A stretch of DNA of 64,000 bases from contig JBBRXO010000005.1 in assembly GCA_038248345.1 (NCBI GenBank), positions 94-64,093 of the forward strand. The letters are read 5' to 3'. The position numbers and the translations under genes were made by a program. Source of the stretch: Armatimonadota bacterium (lineage in GTDB: Bacteria > Armatimonadota > Hebobacteria > CAIYQO01). The notes below the pieces were generated by a model. The model saw only the letters and a list, made by a program, of their open reading frames with translations. It had not been told where the DNA came from and made no database searches. Below are positions 8,917 to 20,104 of this stretch, in pieces. The first letter of the stretch is position 1; every line of letters begins with the position of its first letter.

Positions 8917-9948
8917 ATGGCAGCAAAAGATTATTATACGAAATTAGGGATTAGCAAAACAGCGACGGAAAAAGAGATAAAATCCGCCTATCGTAAGCTC
9001 GCGCGTAAACATCACCCGGATGTGAATCCAGGCGATAAATCTTCAGAAGAGAAATTTAAAGAGATAGCAGAAGCCTACGAAGTACTCTCCGACACGAAAA
9101 AGCGTAAAGATTATGATGAGTACAGCCATTTGGGGGGCGATACCTGGAAACATGCGAGCGATCCGGGATTCAATATGGGGCAGGGGAGTAGTGGTTCTTC
9201 GGGCGGCTGGCAACAGCAGAGTGGTAACTATAGCACAACTAATATGGGCGGTATGGGTGGCGGGATGGAGGACATTCTCGCGGATCTACTCGGTGGCGGA
9301 CGCCGCCGTGGTGGAAGCCCCTTCGCCCGGCAACAGATGCAGGTGCGCGGTGAGGATTCCGAAGTAGAAGCGCCGATTACGCTGAAAGAAGCCTATCATG
9401 GTACGGAGCGGATACTAAATCTCACTACGCATGAAGTATGCCCAAGTTGCCATGGCACTTCGAATCAGCATTGCAATACCTGCGGTGGAATCGGCAATAT
9501 TACGAATCCTAAATCATTGACGGTGACTATCCCACGTGGGGTGAAAGATGGCGCACGTATCCGCCTCTCTGGCAAGGGTAGCCCGGGAGAAAACGGTGGA
9601 GCGTCAGGTGATCTGTATCTCGTACCGCGCGTGCAGAAGGATCATAAATTTGAGCGTAAAGATAACGACCTATTTGTCGAAGTTGCGGTAAATTTTCCCA
9701 CCGCGGCACTGGGCGGCGAGATCACTGTACCTACTATGGATGGCACAGTGACGATGACGGTACCTGGTGGCGCTTCCAGTGGGCAGTCACTTCGTTTGCG
9801 CGGTAAAGGTATGCCGCACTTGCGCGGGGAAGCATTCGGCGACCTATATGCGAAGTTGCGCGTTACCGTACCCAAAGATTTGTCACCACGTGAGATTGAG
9901 TTAATCAAAGAATTACGTGACATCCGTACCGCTGAAAAAGGAGTGTAA
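8917..9948 (+). CDS. dnaJ: Chaperone DnaJ with a shortened Cys-rich domain (two CxxCxGxG repeats only)
   Basis: J-domain (DYYTKLGI...HPD), Gly-rich linker, then only CPSCHGTS and CNTCGGIG, followed by the C-terminal beta-domains. RBS AGGTGA. Confidence 0.9.
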   Translation: MAAKDYYTKLGISKTATEKEIKSAYRKLARKHHPDVNPGDKSSEEKFKEIAEAYEVLSDTKKRKDYDEYSHLGGDTWKHASDPGFNMGQGSSGSSGGWQQQSGNYSTTNMGGMGGGMEDILADLLGGGRRRGGSPFARQQMQVRGEDSEVEAPITLKEAYHGTERILNLTTHEVCPSCHGTSNQHCNTCGGIGNITNPKSLTVTIPRGVKDGARIRLSGKGSPGENGGASGDLYLVPRVQKDHKFERKDNDLFVEVAVNFPTAALGGEITVPTMDGTVTMTVPGGASSGQSLRLRGKGMPHLRGEAFGDLYAKLRVTVPKDLSPREIELIKELRDIRTAEKGV

Positions 9949-9949
9949 A

Positions 9950-10267
9950 ATGGCAGATAGATATCAGCCATTATATTTAATCTCTGTAGTAGCGAAGTTG
10001 CTGGAAGTACATCCGCAGACGTTGCGTATGTATGAACGCCAAGGCTTCATCCGTCCCTCTCGTCGTGGCCATATCCGGTTGTATTGCGATGCTGATATCG
10101 AGCGATTACAACAGATTCAACGCTTTAAAGAAGAGCTAGGTGTGAATCTGGCGGGGATAGAGGTGATTTTGCACATGCTGGACCGTATGGATGAAATGCA
10201 AAAAGAGATTGACCAGATACGCGAACGAGCCAAACGCCGTCTGACGAAGTTGTCGGAGGATAGATAG
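9950..10267 (+). CDS. hspR: MerR-family heat-shock repressor HspR
   Basis: MADRYQPLYLISVVAKLLEVHPQTLRMYERQGFIRPSRR is a MerR-type HTH. Position is immediately after dnaJ. RBS AAGGAG. A HAIR-like operator lies upstream of dnaK. Confidence 0.8.
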   Translation: MADRYQPLYLISVVAKLLEVHPQTLRMYERQGFIRPSRRGHIRLYCDADIERLQQIQRFKEELGVNLAGIEVILHMLDRMDEMQKEIDQIRERAKRRLTKLSEDR

Positions 10268-10271
10268 TAAT

Positions 10272-11009
10272 ATGGAAAATGATGAAGAAGTAGTGGGCAA
10301 ATTATACGTAATAGCAACTCCAATCGGCAATATGGAGGATATCACCCTGCGGGCACTGCGCATAATGGCAGAGATTCAGGTATTGGCGAGTGAAGATACC
10401 CGCCATACTCGGCAGTTATTCGTGCGGCATGGCATTGAGATGCCGCCGTTATATTTTCCCTATCACGAGAGAAATGAGGGTAGTGCGGCGATTCGCATCC
10501 TGAGCCTGCTGGCCGAAGGGAAGATGGTGGGGCTGACAAGTAATGCTGGTTATCCAGGGATCAGCGATCCAGGCTATGTGATCATCAGTAAGGCAATTGA
10601 AGCGGGATACCCAGTGGAGGTGATCCCCGGTGCGTCGACAGTCCCAATAGCGCTGTTAAAATCCGGATTATCAACATCATCATATACATTTAAGGGGTTC
10701 GCTCCCCGCAAACCGGGGAAACGCGGTACCTTCCTGGCGATGGAACGGGACTTGCCGCATACGATGATATTTTTTGAATCACCTCACCGTGTGGGCGTAT
10801 TTTTGCAACAGGCACATGAAGTGTTGGGGAATCGACAGGCCGCGGTTTGTGTGGAATTAACCAAAATATTTGAACAGGTAACGCGCGGTTACCTTGGTGA
10901 CCTGGCGGAGAAATTTGCTACCGCAAAGATAAAGGGAGAAGTAGCGGTGGTGATCGCCGGGAATAATCCCAAATTTGCTAAAGATGAAGATGAAGACGAT
11001 GACACCTAA
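10272..11009 (+). CDS. rsmI: 16S rRNA (cytidine1402-2'-O)-methyltransferase RsmI (tetrapyrrole-methylase fold)
   Basis: GKLYVIATPIGNMEDITLRALRIMAEIQVLASEDTRHT matches E. coli RsmI (GQLYIVPTPIGNLADIT...AAEDTRHT). Confidence 0.85.
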   Translation: MENDEEVVGKLYVIATPIGNMEDITLRALRIMAEIQVLASEDTRHTRQLFVRHGIEMPPLYFPYHERNEGSAAIRILSLLAEGKMVGLTSNAGYPGISDPGYVIISKAIEAGYPVEVIPGASTVPIALLKSGLSTSSYTFKGFAPRKPGKRGTFLAMERDLPHTMIFFESPHRVGVFLQQAHEVLGNRQAAVCVELTKIFEQVTRGYLGDLAEKFATAKIKGEVAVVIAGNNPKFAKDEDEDDDT

Positions 11010-11018
11010 CCCCCAACC

Positions 11019-11111
11019 CCTTCCCTGCAATGGAAGGGGGGCTGATCGAGTAATTACTATTGAAAAACGATCATTCTCCTCTCCCCGCGTAGGGAAGGGG
11101 GCCGGGGGGTT
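11019..11111. repeat. GC-rich stem-loop (CCCCTTCC/GGAAGGGG) and a repeated GGAAGGGGG G-tract element between rsmI and clpB
   Basis: Inverted repeat at 11019-11043. GGAAGGGGGG recurs at about 11035 and about 11094 with further G runs (GGGGGG). Likely an rsmI terminator or clpB leader structure. Confidence 0.3.
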
Positions 11112-11138
11112 AGGTAAACTCGAAAGTGGAGGTGTAAC

Positions 11139-13574
11139 ATGCCCATGGAACCAAAATTTACCGAAAAAGCGCTGGAAGCGATGCAAATAACGCAAGCGAT
11201 ATTACAACGGTATCATCATACACAGATGGACGCTGATCATTTACTACTGGCGATGTTGGAACAGCCAGATGGCACTGTGTTGAAGATTATACAACAGATG
11301 GGGGTAGATCATATTGACCTGGCTACCGCCGTCAGTGATAAACTGGCCCAGCAACCCAAAGTGCAGGGTAGTGTAGCGATGCAGGTGTACCTCACCCCTG
11401 CCATGCAGCGGATTATGAACGAGCTCTGCTGGGCGGTGGCCGACCGTATGAAAGACGAATACGTCGCCACGGAACATCTGCTGCTGGCCATTATCGAAGA
11501 AGGTACCACCAATGCGGCGAAGATCTTGAAGCATTTCAATGTCACTCACGAAGCGGTAGAGCAGGCGCTCATTGCGGTGCGCGGCAATACACGCGTCACC
11601 GGGCGTGGCGCGGAGGGACAATACCAGGTGTTGCAGAAATACAGCCGCGACCTGACGCAGCTGGCCCGTGATGGTAAACTCGATCCGGTTATCGGACGTG
11701 ACGAAGAGATCAATCGTGTCATTGAGATCCTCAGCCGCCGCACCAAGAACAACCCGGCGCTTATCGGTGAACCGGGGGTGGGCAAGACCGCTATTGTCGA
11801 TGGATTGGCGCTGGCGATTATCGAGAATCGCGTACCGCAGACGCTGAAGAACAAGCGCGTTATCGCCCTAGACCTCTCCAGTATGGTGGCCGGCTCGAAA
11901 TTCCGCGGCGAGTTTGAGGAGCGTATGCAGGCGGTAATGGAAGAGATTCGCAAATCCAAGGGCGAGATCGTCCTCTTTATCGATGAATTACATACGGTCG
12001 TCGGCGCCGGCGCGGCGGAGGGGGCTATCGACGCCAGCAACATGATGAAACCGGCGTTGGCACGCGGTGAGTTGCAGTGCATCGGTGCTACCACGCTGGA
12101 CGAATACCGCAAGCATATCGAGAAAGACCCGGCGCTGGAACGGCGTTTCCAGCCGGTGATCGTCGAGGAACCGAATATCAGCGCCACCATCCAGATACTG
12201 CAGGGGCTGCAGGAGCGGTATGAGAAGCACCACGAGGTGACCTACACCCCGGAGGCGATAGCGGCCTGTGTCCGTCTGTCGGCGCGTTATATCAGTGAGC
12301 GTTTCCTGCCCGATAAGGCCATCGACCTGCTCGATGAAGCGGGGGCGCGCAAGCATATCCGCGCCATCTTCATCCCCAAGGATGTGCGTGAGCTGGAAAA
12401 GAAGATAATGGAATTGGAGAATCAGCGCGATGAAGCGGCGATGAAGCAGGAGTATCAGGAGGCGGCGCGCATTCAGCAGGAGGTAGCACGGTTGCGCGCG
12501 GAGGTGGAAGAGAAAGAGAAGAACCAGCCGGTGGTGGAACCGGTTGTGAATGAAGAAGATATCGCGCAATTAGTGGCGCGCAACACCGGCATCCCGGTCT
12601 CACGCATGTTCGAGGAGGAAGCCGCCCGCCTGCTGAATATGGAGGAAGAGCTGCACAAGCGGCTGGTAGACCAACAGCACGCCGTGCAGGTAGTCAGCGA
12701 GGCGATACGCCGCGCCCGTGCCGGACTGAAAGACCCGAAACGTCCGATCGGCAGTTTTATCTTCATGGGGCCAACTGGCGTGGGTAAAACCGAATTGGCA
12801 CGCACGCTGTCAGATTATCTTTTTGAAGATGAGGATGCGCTCATTCGTGTGGATATGTCGGAATACATGGAGAAGCATTCTGTTTCGCGCCTTATCGGAG
12901 CGCCGCCGGGCTACGTCGGCTTCGATGAAGGTGGGCAACTGACCGAGCAGGTTCGGCGCCGACCATATCGTGTAATTCTTTTTGATGAGATCGAAAAGGC
13001 GCACCCAGATGTCTTTAATATCCTCTTGCAGATACTGGAGGATGGACGACTGACCGACAACATGGGGCGCACCGTTGATTTCCGTAATACCATCATCATA
13101 ATGACCAGTAATGTTGGCAGCCGGCACGTGCTTGGTGAGAAGGGGCCGAAGATCGGCTTCAACGTCGGTGAGGATAAAGCAGTGACGGCAGAGAGTTATG
13201 AATCGATGCAGAAACGCTCCCAGGAGGAGTTACAGCATCTATTCCGCCCAGAGTTGCTCAACCGTATCGATGAGATAGTCGTATTTCTGCCACTTTCTCT
13301 GGTTGATATGGAGAAGATTGTCGATAATATGATCGAAAAAGTGCGCAAGAGTATGAAGGATCGTGGTATTTTTTTGACAATAACCGAGGCAGCACGAAAA
13401 CGGCTGGCTCTGGATGGCTATGACCCTGCCTACGGCGCCCGTCCCCTTCGTAGGGTTATTCAGCGTCAAGTAGAGAATCAGCTATCTACCGGCATTCTCA
13501 ATAGTTCCTTCATCGAAGGTATGACAGTGGTGATTGATGAGGTTGATGGGAAGATTGTGGCGCGGGGAGAGTAA
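11139..13574 (+). CDS. clpB: AAA+ disaggregase ClpB
   Basis: Two AAA modules ([16 protein letters not shown]), a coiled-coil middle domain, 811 aa. RBS GGAGG. Confidence 0.95.
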   Translation: MPMEPKFTEKALEAMQITQAILQRYHHTQMDADHLLLAMLEQPDGTVLKIIQQMGVDHIDLATAVSDKLAQQPKVQGSVAMQVYLTPAMQRIMNELCWAVADRMKDEYVATEHLLLAIIEEGTTNAAKILKHFNVTHEAVEQALIAVRGNTRVTGRGAEGQYQVLQKYSRDLTQLARDGKLDPVIGRDEEINRVIEILSRRTKNNPALIGEPGVGKTAIVDGLALAIIENRVPQTLKNKRVIALDLSSMVAGSKFRGEFEERMQAVMEEIRKSKGEIVLFIDELHTVVGAGAAEGAIDASNMMKPALARGELQCIGATTLDEYRKHIEKDPALERRFQPVIVEEPNISATIQILQGLQERYEKHHEVTYTPEAIAACVRLSARYISERFLPDKAIDLLDEAGARKHIRAIFIPKDVRELEKKIMELENQRDEAAMKQEYQEAARIQQEVARLRAEVEEKEKNQPVVEPVVNEEDIAQLVARNTGIPVSRMFEEEAARLLNMEEELHKRLVDQQHAVQVVSEAIRRARAGLKDPKRPIGSFIFMGPTGVGKTELARTLSDYLFEDEDALIRVDMSEYMEKHSVSRLIGAPPGYVGFDEGGQLTEQVRRRPYRVILFDEIEKAHPDVFNILLQILEDGRLTDNMGRTVDFRNTIIIMTSNVGSRHVLGEKGPKIGFNVGEDKAVTAESYESMQKRSQEELQHLFRPELLNRIDEIVVFLPLSLVDMEKIVDNMIEKVRKSMKDRGIFLTITEAARKRLALDGYDPAYGARPLRRVIQRQVENQLSTGILNSSFIEGMTVVIDEVDGKIVARGE

Positions 13575-13580
13575 ACCAGG

Positions 13581-13626
13581 TAAAAAAAAGAGTAGTTCCC
13601 TGGACGAATTCCAGGGAACTACTCTC
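13581..13626. terminator. Bidirectional hairpin terminator between convergent clpB and the 1370-aa gene
   Basis: A8 run, then AGAGTAGTTCCCTGG-acgaatt-CCAGGGAACTACTCT. On the minus strand the hairpin is followed by U8. Confidence 0.8.
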
Positions 13627-13648
13627 TCGTGTTTACACCTTTGCCTAT

Positions 13649-16600
13649 TTACTTCCCAAACTTGAATAATCCCCACAGGTTGGGTTGCAGGCCGGCTTCG
13701 CTGGGCAGGTCGGCCATTATGTTGGTGTTTTTATTTGCCCAGTATATGCGGCTAGTGGCGAGGGTGCCGGTTTGGTCGCTCATCACTCGGCCGACATCGC
13801 CACGGGTCTCACCCAAAGCAGTTGGATCCAGGTGGATCGTAGCTAGAGGCACACTAGCCTCCAGAGTATATACGCCATTGCCGCGTTTTACGTTTATCTC
13901 CACGTCAGTTAGTATACCAGCTTTGTCGCACCAGATGGTGCGTGATGGTGAGCTGAAGGGGATGCGCTGACCGATGAAATTTGCAATTTTGAAGTCGTAC
14001 AATACACTCACCGGTTTCCCATCGAACATACTGAAGCTCAGGCGAATATCGCCGTGGTCGGCCTGCAACCGGTTAGGATTCAATCCGAGTTGAGTCTGCA
14101 GCATAACATCCACGACGTCGCCAGATTTGAACAACTCCATGGGATTAACGCCTTTATTCTCAAATACTGCGCGATCGTCACGGCCAGTGAATGACACATA
14201 CAATTTCTTTGAATCATAGGCCAGCGCGAAACCATCAATGCGCTCCGCAGGCCAATCGTTCATATTTCCATCAATTTTCACAGTTTCATCTACTACGCGT
14301 GGTATGGTGTATACTTTGGGTTCTGCAGTACGCATACTTGCTAATTGTTGTTGTTCCTGCGCAGCCACTATCTGTGCTGGGGTGACAACAACTTTATTAC
14401 CAGACAAACGTTTAATTTTATCTAGTCCGCCCAATTCAACTACCGAACAATGATTCTTGCCACAGACGTAATAATAATGGTCTTTGCCATCATTACCGCG
14501 CACCTTCTGCAGGGTTCCGCCGAAATGTTCATCATACAGACTGGTCTCTGCCATTACTTCCGGCGTGGGCGGATTTGGATAATTCCATAACATTCCTACG
14601 CGCTGGTCACGGAATACGCGGTCAATGTACAGTCCGTCATCAGCGGTCATCAGGTAAGTACATCCGAGATTAGAATTAAACGACACCACTTCTCCCAGTG
14701 ATTTATTCACCGGCACGATGCCCCATATCCGGGTTGGCGCCACGAGAACGCCGGGTTCATCGCCGCGGGCAGTGGTCAAATGTCCTTGATGCAACCCCGG
14801 CCATTCATTGCGATAACTCCAACGCACTTTGCCGTCCTGCGTTACACTGGTCATTGGGCCACCGAGTACCACTGCATTTCCCTTGGAGTCCGGCATAAGC
14901 GCTTCGCCATATCCTCCGGGTACAGTGGTGGTGGGTACTTCAAAAATCGGGTATCCCTGCGGAGATCGTTTTTTATTAGGGACGAAGTATACTATCCGAC
15001 CATTACCAGCATTTGCCACCGTGGTGAAACTATTATTCATTCTCCAGTTCCACCCTGCTGAAGTACCGGTAAGGAGTTGTCCGTTAAACTCCAGTTTGCC
15101 GAATTTTAACTCCGCTGGCTGCACTTTGCCGTCGTCATTCATATCAGTCCAGGTATAGAAACGCTGGTCTGTTTTGTAATCGGGGATATATTTGGTCAGA
15201 AATGTCGTGTTATTCCATTCTTTGCTGCCTTTCCCAACGGTAGGTTCACCGAATGCTTGACGTAGTGCGATTACTGATCCAACTGCAGCTACCGGCATTA
15301 CGTGGTCTCCCTTGTACTGCCACAGCACTAGATCAGGGTGTCCATGCGGCCACATGAAACTGGTAAACCATAACTTACCCTCGGAACGGAACGCATAACT
15401 CGGGTAATCTTCATCCAGGAACTGCGAGAATTTATTGCTATCCGGTCGATATAACAGATTCAATAGGGTAATTGATCCCGTTTTAGGATCACGTTTAAAC
15501 TCCAACCCCTTATAAAATAAACGATTTTCATCTTTCGGATCAATACATCCGCCGCCACCATATTGTGTCGGGCCGTATACTGCCTTTACACACTTGCCGG
15601 TTTTAGCATCCCATAGGCTGACGCGCTTCACATAATCGGTGTGTTCCATTACCCAGATTCGTCCATCCGGGCCGACTTCTACACCGTATGGTTCTTCTAG
15701 ATTATCGTTATCGAATGCGCCAATCTCACGCCTTCCTGGTTTTCCTAATGTAGCGATGATGTCTCCTGCAGGTGAATACCCTATCACCTGGTGCATCGGT
15801 GCCCCTTCACCGACATAAATATTCAATTGGTCATCCACACCAAGCCCCATCGGATTAGTCAGTTTGCCGGTAATAAGCTGATTCACTTCATAACTGTTAA
15901 TATCGATTGTGACAATATCTTTACCACTGGTGGTTACGATCTTATCCGCACCGTATTTGCGCAACCTACCTGGCGTGGGCAGGGTGATTTCTTTCAACAA
16001 TATCGGCTTCTGATCTTCGAACTGCTGATAAGCGATATTCCAGCCAAAGCCACGCCATGGCCCGCCCAACCCTTTACTGATGTCAAATACCTGCACGGTA
16101 TTTGAGGTGGAAAAGCTTACAAATGCGCGGTTACCGAACACTTGAAACCCAGTTATTCCGGTTTTGGCAGTTGGGTCAGCGCCAGTAGTTCCTTTTTTGG
16201 GGATATCGCGTTGGAATATCTTTCGGTTCCTATAATTTTCCGTATTTAGTTGCAGGATTACTTGAGTATCGCCAATCCATCCACCTTCGCAAAACCCGTA
16301 ATAATTGTCGCCATCAGCACATATTTCATGCGGGATAGCGACCCAAAGGCGATTAATCCCCCACAACTTATTCGCGTCTTTATCAGTTTTAACAATAGAA
16401 TCTCCTGCCTCCGCGAATGCTCCCAGCCACATGCTATCACCGCTACGGGCTATGGTACGCGGCGGTTCATGATCGGCCAGCCACCCACCCTTGCTGTCAG
16501 GAGTTTGCCAGGCAACACTCGCCAGCGGATACGGGTAATAGGAATATTTATAATCTACCGTAATTCCCGGTACGTATAAACCGTGCCAGTTGTAGTTACC

Positions 16601-17761
16601 GGCATTCAGTACCGGCTTTCCTGTTACATCCTTCAGATCCCAATAGGCGATGTTTTTCCCGGCGGGGTATTCGACACCGGCTACCGGGTTGGCAATAACG
16701 GTGCCCTTCTCATCGCGTATCTGGATTGTTACCTTGCCTTTATTTGGGATTGTGAACTCAATAGGAACAAGCCCATCTTTTGCGCTGGTAGTTGGAGCCG
16801 GGTTCTTCTCCAGGTCGCTGAATACTACTATCTCCCCTAAGCTGGCTTGGGGGATGTCGCCAGTTACACGTATTCGCACGGCACTGGCGGTAATATTGCG
16901 CTCGAAATCCATATATTGGACTGAACGGAATTTGCCTGCAATAGACCACTTTTGTGGTACCACAGTCCAGCCGGCTGTACCGGTGGCAAATCGCGGGTCA
17001 CCCGCGCCGCTGTAGACTTCAACAGTATTCGTTCCCAATCCCTTTTCGTTACTACCGCGCATAATTGCCAGTCCGCGTAGACTCTGTGGCTGGTTCCAAG
17101 ACAACATAAACCATTCTGGATTGTCTGAGGAGATAGTTGTGCCACGGGGAGCAGTAAAATAATTCTGTCGGGAATCAATAAAGCCATCTACCAGCGTCTC
17201 GGGTTTGTTCAGCCAGGGTATTGGCTGAAACCCGGAGCTTAATTTATCAGCAGAGCTAACCACAATTGTCGCCTGTGGGGCGATATTAACTGCACGGAAA
17301 TTCAGAATTGTGGCGAATGGTATGGAAGCGGTATACGAAGCCTTGCCAGTGGTATTACGGTTTAAATTGCCTGGTACCGAAAAACGTACAGCAGACGCTG
17401 GTAAACCTGCAGGCAGTGCAATTGTTCTTAAATGTAAATCGCCATCAATACCTTTAGGTAATGAAGTCCATTTCCCGCCTGCCTCATAGCTAACCTCACC
17501 CGGGTCATAACTGAATATGCTGGTTCCATCTATTGGTGCGGTAAAACGTAGCGTAAACTCGCCAGTTTGGTTTACCATGGTTGCCGAAGTTACCCAGTTG
17601 ATAATTTCTATACCGCCTGTAGCTGCAGGAGGGAGGAGAACCTTCCCCGGCATTGCCAGCGATTCAGTTGTGGAGACCTTATCAATATTCACAAGCGGTG
17701 ACGCTGAGACAGTATAGGCAGTTGCAAGCACGTAGCAAAATACCAGGATTCTTTTTAACAT
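13649..17761 (-). CDS. Large secreted multi-domain protein (1370 aa) with beta-propeller-like repeats and a C-terminal carbohydrate-binding-module-like region
   Basis: Signal peptide MLKRILVFCYVLATAYTVSA. Long uninterrupted ORF with repetitive Gly/Trp/Asp-rich blocks. The C-terminal segment (DGNMNDWPAERIDGFAL...KLYVSFTGRDD) is reminiscent of CBM9-like domains. No catalytic motif recognised. Confidence 0.55.
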   Translation of the reverse strand: MLKRILVFCYVLATAYTVSASPLVNIDKVSTTESLAMPGKVLLPPAATGGIEIINWVTSATMVNQTGEFTLRFTAPIDGTSIFSYDPGEVSYEAGGKWTSLPKGIDGDLHLRTIALPAGLPASAVRFSVPGNLNRNTTGKASYTASIPFATILNFRAVNIAPQATIVVSSADKLSSGFQPIPWLNKPETLVDGFIDSRQNYFTAPRGTTISSDNPEWFMLSWNQPQSLRGLAIMRGSNEKGLGTNTVEVYSGAGDPRFATGTAGWTVVPQKWSIAGKFRSVQYMDFERNITASAVRIRVTGDIPQASLGEIVVFSDLEKNPAPTTSAKDGLVPIEFTIPNKGKVTIQIRDEKGTVIANPVAGVEYPAGKNIAYWDLKDVTGKPVLNAGNYNWHGLYVPGITVDYKYSYYPYPLASVAWQTPDSKGGWLADHEPPRTIARSGDSMWLGAFAEAGDSIVKTDKDANKLWGINRLWVAIPHEICADGDNYYGFCEGGWIGDTQVILQLNTENYRNRKIFQRDIPKKGTTGADPTAKTGITGFQVFGNRAFVSFSTSNTVQVFDISKGLGGPWRGFGWNIAYQQFEDQKPILLKEITLPTPGRLRKYGADKIVTTSGKDIVTIDINSYEVNQLITGKLTNPMGLGVDDQLNIYVGEGAPMHQVIGYSPAGDIIATLGKPGRREIGAFDNDNLEEPYGVEVGPDGRIWVMEHTDYVKRVSLWDAKTGKCVKAVYGPTQYGGGGCIDPKDENRLFYKGLEFKRDPKTGSITLLNLLYRPDSNKFSQFLDEDYPSYAFRSEGKLWFTSFMWPHGHPDLVLWQYKGDHVMPVAAVGSVIALRQAFGEPTVGKGSKEWNNTTFLTKYIPDYKTDQRFYTWTDMNDDGKVQPAELKFGKLEFNGQLLTGTSAGWNWRMNNSFTTVANAGNGRIVYFVPNKKRSPQGYPIFEVPTTTVPGGYGEALMPDSKGNAVVLGGPMTSVTQDGKVRWSYRNEWPGLHQGHLTTARGDEPGVLVAPTRIWGIVPVNKSLGEVVSFNSNLGCTYLMTADDGLYIDRVFRDQRVGMLWNYPNPPTPEVMAETSLYDEHFGGTLQKVRGNDGKDHYYYVCGKNHCSVVELGGLDKIKRLSGNKVVVTPAQIVAAQEQQQLASMRTAEPKVYTIPRVVDETVKIDGNMNDWPAERIDGFALAYDSKKLYVSFTGRDDRAVFENKGVNPMELFKSGDVVDVMLQTQLGLNPNRLQADHGDIRLSFSMFDGKPVSVLYDFKIANFIGQRIPFSSPSRTIWCDKAGILTDVEINVKRGNGVYTLEASVPLATIHLDPTALGETRGDVGRVMSDQTGTLATSRIYWANKNTNIMADLPSEAGLQPNLWGLFKFGK

Positions 17762-17877
17762 AATCGCACTCCTAGAAGTTTTTCGAGTAGCTCCGCATTA
17801 ATGTTTGTCTACATCGCTCATAGTAGATATCAACCCATCTATTTGTCAATAGTGCATTCGACTATTTTCAAACTTTG

Positions 17878-18429
17878 TCAGCTATTATGATTACTCACCA
17901 TCTCACGGGCGGCAATGCGGATAGCATCAAGCTTATATCCGCGGTTGCGCCTGGTGACGCCGACGAGGTCCTGTACGTGGGCATGGCCCTGCTGAATGAA
18001 ACGCTCCATTTGGGTAAGGCAACTTAGCGTGCCATTGCCACTACCACCGGCGGCGGCAATGGCGATTATTGGTTTGTTTTTGAGAATAGCATTGTCGCCG
18101 CGGGGTGCCTGGCAGCGTCGGATACGGTCGCAGGCGGTTTTCATGGACTCGGAAAGTTCGCCATAGTAGACCGGGGTAATCAACACCACCCCGTCAGCGA
18201 TTGAGAGCATCCGTTGTAACTCGGCAAAATCATCGCCAATGATGCAGGTATTATCAGTGCGGCACTGCCCCCATCCGTTGCCGCATTGGCGACAGCGCTC
18301 CAGCGACATTTTACACAGGTCAATATGCTCGGCATGTTGACCTGCTTCATGGATTCCCGTGGTGACAGCTTCCACGCAGGAAGCTGTCAGGCCATTCTGG
18401 TTTGGACTAGAGCTAATGACAATAAACAT
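17878..18429 (-). CDS. Iron-sulfur flavoprotein (Isf-like, NADPH-dependent FMN reductase fold)
   Basis: Flavodoxin-like fold with a compact Cys motif CRQCGNGWGQC...C, as in Isf-family proteins. Confidence 0.6.
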   Translation of the reverse strand: MFIVISSSPNQNGLTASCVEAVTTGIHEAGQHAEHIDLCKMSLERCRQCGNGWGQCRTDNTCIIGDDFAELQRMLSIADGVVLITPVYYGELSESMKTACDRIRRCQAPRGDNAILKNKPIIAIAAAGGSGNGTLSCLTQMERFIQQGHAHVQDLVGVTRRNRGYKLDAIRIAAREMVSNHNS

Positions 18430-18509
18430 AGAAATAATCTCCTTATAGGTTATAATACAACTATTGTCTGATTCTACTCTATCATTGTCTATTCCTGCAA
18501 CATGTTATT

Positions 18510-18544
18510 AAAAAAACCTGCCGATGAAAGAATTCATCGGCAGG
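18510..18544 (-). terminator. Rho-independent terminator of the gltBD operon
   Basis: Perfect 12-bp stem CCTGCCGATGAA/TTCATCGGCAGG, followed on the minus strand by U7. Confidence 0.8.
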
Positions 18545-18573
18545 TCTATTGATTCCCATAGTCTCCTCTTTGG

Positions 18574-20055
18574 TTAAGGCAGGCAGGTCTCTCCCTGTAG
18601 ATATCGGTCACATTCACGGGCGGCCTCGCGTCCTTCATGGATGGCCCATACTACCAGGCTTTGCCCACGGCGCATGTCACCCGCGGCGAAGACGCCGGGC
18701 ACGTTGGTGGCGTAGACACCTTCTGCTGCTTTGGCGTTGGAGCGAGGGTCACGCTCGATGTCCAAACCGTCCAGCGCTGCATCTTCTGGCCCGGTGAAGC
18801 CCATCGCCAGCAATACCAGTTGCGCGGGCCATACTTGCTCGCTGCCGGGGATCTCAGATGTCACCAGACGGCCATTTTTCAGTGCCCACTCCACACGCAT
18901 GGTGTGGACTTCTTTCAGGTTGCCGTTCTCATCACCTACAAAACGTTTGGTGCAGATCAGATACTCGCGTGGGTCGCTACCATAACGATATATCGCTTCC
19001 TCCTGCCCGTAATCCACCTTGAGGACGCGCGGCCATTCCGGCCAGGGGTTGTTCTCCTGGCGCTCGTTAGGCGGCTCCGGCATAATCTCGAATTGCACTA
19101 CGCTGCGGCAACCGTGCCGGATGGACGTACCCACGCAGTCAGTGCCGGTATCACCGCCGCCGATGACGATAACGTCTTTGTCGAAGGCAGAGATATTTTT
19201 TCCATCGGTGAGATTGGAATCCAGCAGGCTGCGTGTGTTGGCGGTGAGGAACTCCATCGCCATGTGGATTCCGTTGAGTTCGCGCCCTTCGATGCACAGG
19301 TCGCGCCCCTTGGTAGCGCCACCGCAAAGGATGATGGCGTTAAACTCCGCCTGCAATTGCGCAACCGGATAATTCACACCGATCTCGGCATTGGTGACAA
19401 ATGTGATGCCTTCTTCCTTCATCAGGTCGCCCCGGCGTTGCACGATGGTTTTGTCCAGTTTCATGTTGGGGATGCCGTACATCAGCAGGCCGCCGATGCG
19501 GTCGGCACGCTCAAATACTGTTACGGTATGCCCCGCCTGATTCAGCTGTGCGGCGGCGGCCAGGCCAGTGGGGCCAGAACCCACGACGGCTACTTTTTTG
19601 CCGGTGCGGATCGCTGGTACGCGCGGGGTCACCCAGCCTTCGTCAAAGGCGCGGTCGATGATGGCGCACTCGTTCACTTTGATGGTTACCGGGGGGGTAT
19701 TAATACCACAGACGCAGGAACCTTCGCAGGGAGCGGGGCAGACGCGGCCGGTGAACTCCGGGAAGTTGTTCGTCTTGTGCAAGCGCTGAATCGCCTCACG
19801 CCACAGCCCACGGAAGAGCAGATCATTCCATTCCGGGATGAGGTTATTTACCGGGCAACCGCTGGCCATGCCACTCAAGATAATGCCGGAATGGCAGAAG
19901 GGGATACCGCAGTCCATGCAGCGCGCGCCCTGTGTCCGCTGTTCCTCTTCGGTAAGGTGCAGGTGGAACTCACACCAGTCGGCGATGCGTTCTTCTGGAC
20001 AACGGTCTGCTGGTACCGTACGTTCATATTCTAAAAAGCCGGTAGGCTTACCCAT
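18574..20055 (-). CDS. gltD: Glutamate synthase small subunit (GltD-type, NADPH-dependent, FAD)
   Basis: [20 protein letters not shown] dinucleotide motif and N-terminal Cys clusters. Adjacent to gltB. Confidence 0.85.
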   Translation of the reverse strand: MGKPTGFLEYERTVPADRCPEERIADWCEFHLHLTEEEQRTQGARCMDCGIPFCHSGIILSGMASGCPVNNLIPEWNDLLFRGLWREAIQRLHKTNNFPEFTGRVCPAPCEGSCVCGINTPPVTIKVNECAIIDRAFDEGWVTPRVPAIRTGKKVAVVGSGPTGLAAAAQLNQAGHTVTVFERADRIGGLLMYGIPNMKLDKTIVQRRGDLMKEEGITFVTNAEIGVNYPVAQLQAEFNAIILCGGATKGRDLCIEGRELNGIHMAMEFLTANTRSLLDSNLTDGKNISAFDKDVIVIGGGDTGTDCVGTSIRHGCRSVVQFEIMPEPPNERQENNPWPEWPRVLKVDYGQEEAIYRYGSDPREYLICTKRFVGDENGNLKEVHTMRVEWALKNGRLVTSEIPGSEQVWPAQLVLLAMGFTGPEDAALDGLDIERDPRSNAKAAEGVYATNVPGVFAAGDMRRGQSLVVWAIHEGREAARECDRYLQGETCLP

Positions 20056-20104
20056 TTCTCTTCCTCCGCGCCTGTTAAGACGCGCTGACTTTCACTGTAA
20101 TTGT

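Noticed and set aside
11546-12805. Minus-strand ORFs antisense to clpB
   Set aside because: Pro/Ser/Arg-rich translations typical of a reverse frame in a GC-rich gene. clpB assignment is unambiguous.
18637-20034. 465-aa + strand ORF
   Set aside because: Antisense shadow of gltD in GC-rich DNA. The minus-strand frame has clear GltD motifs and this one has none.
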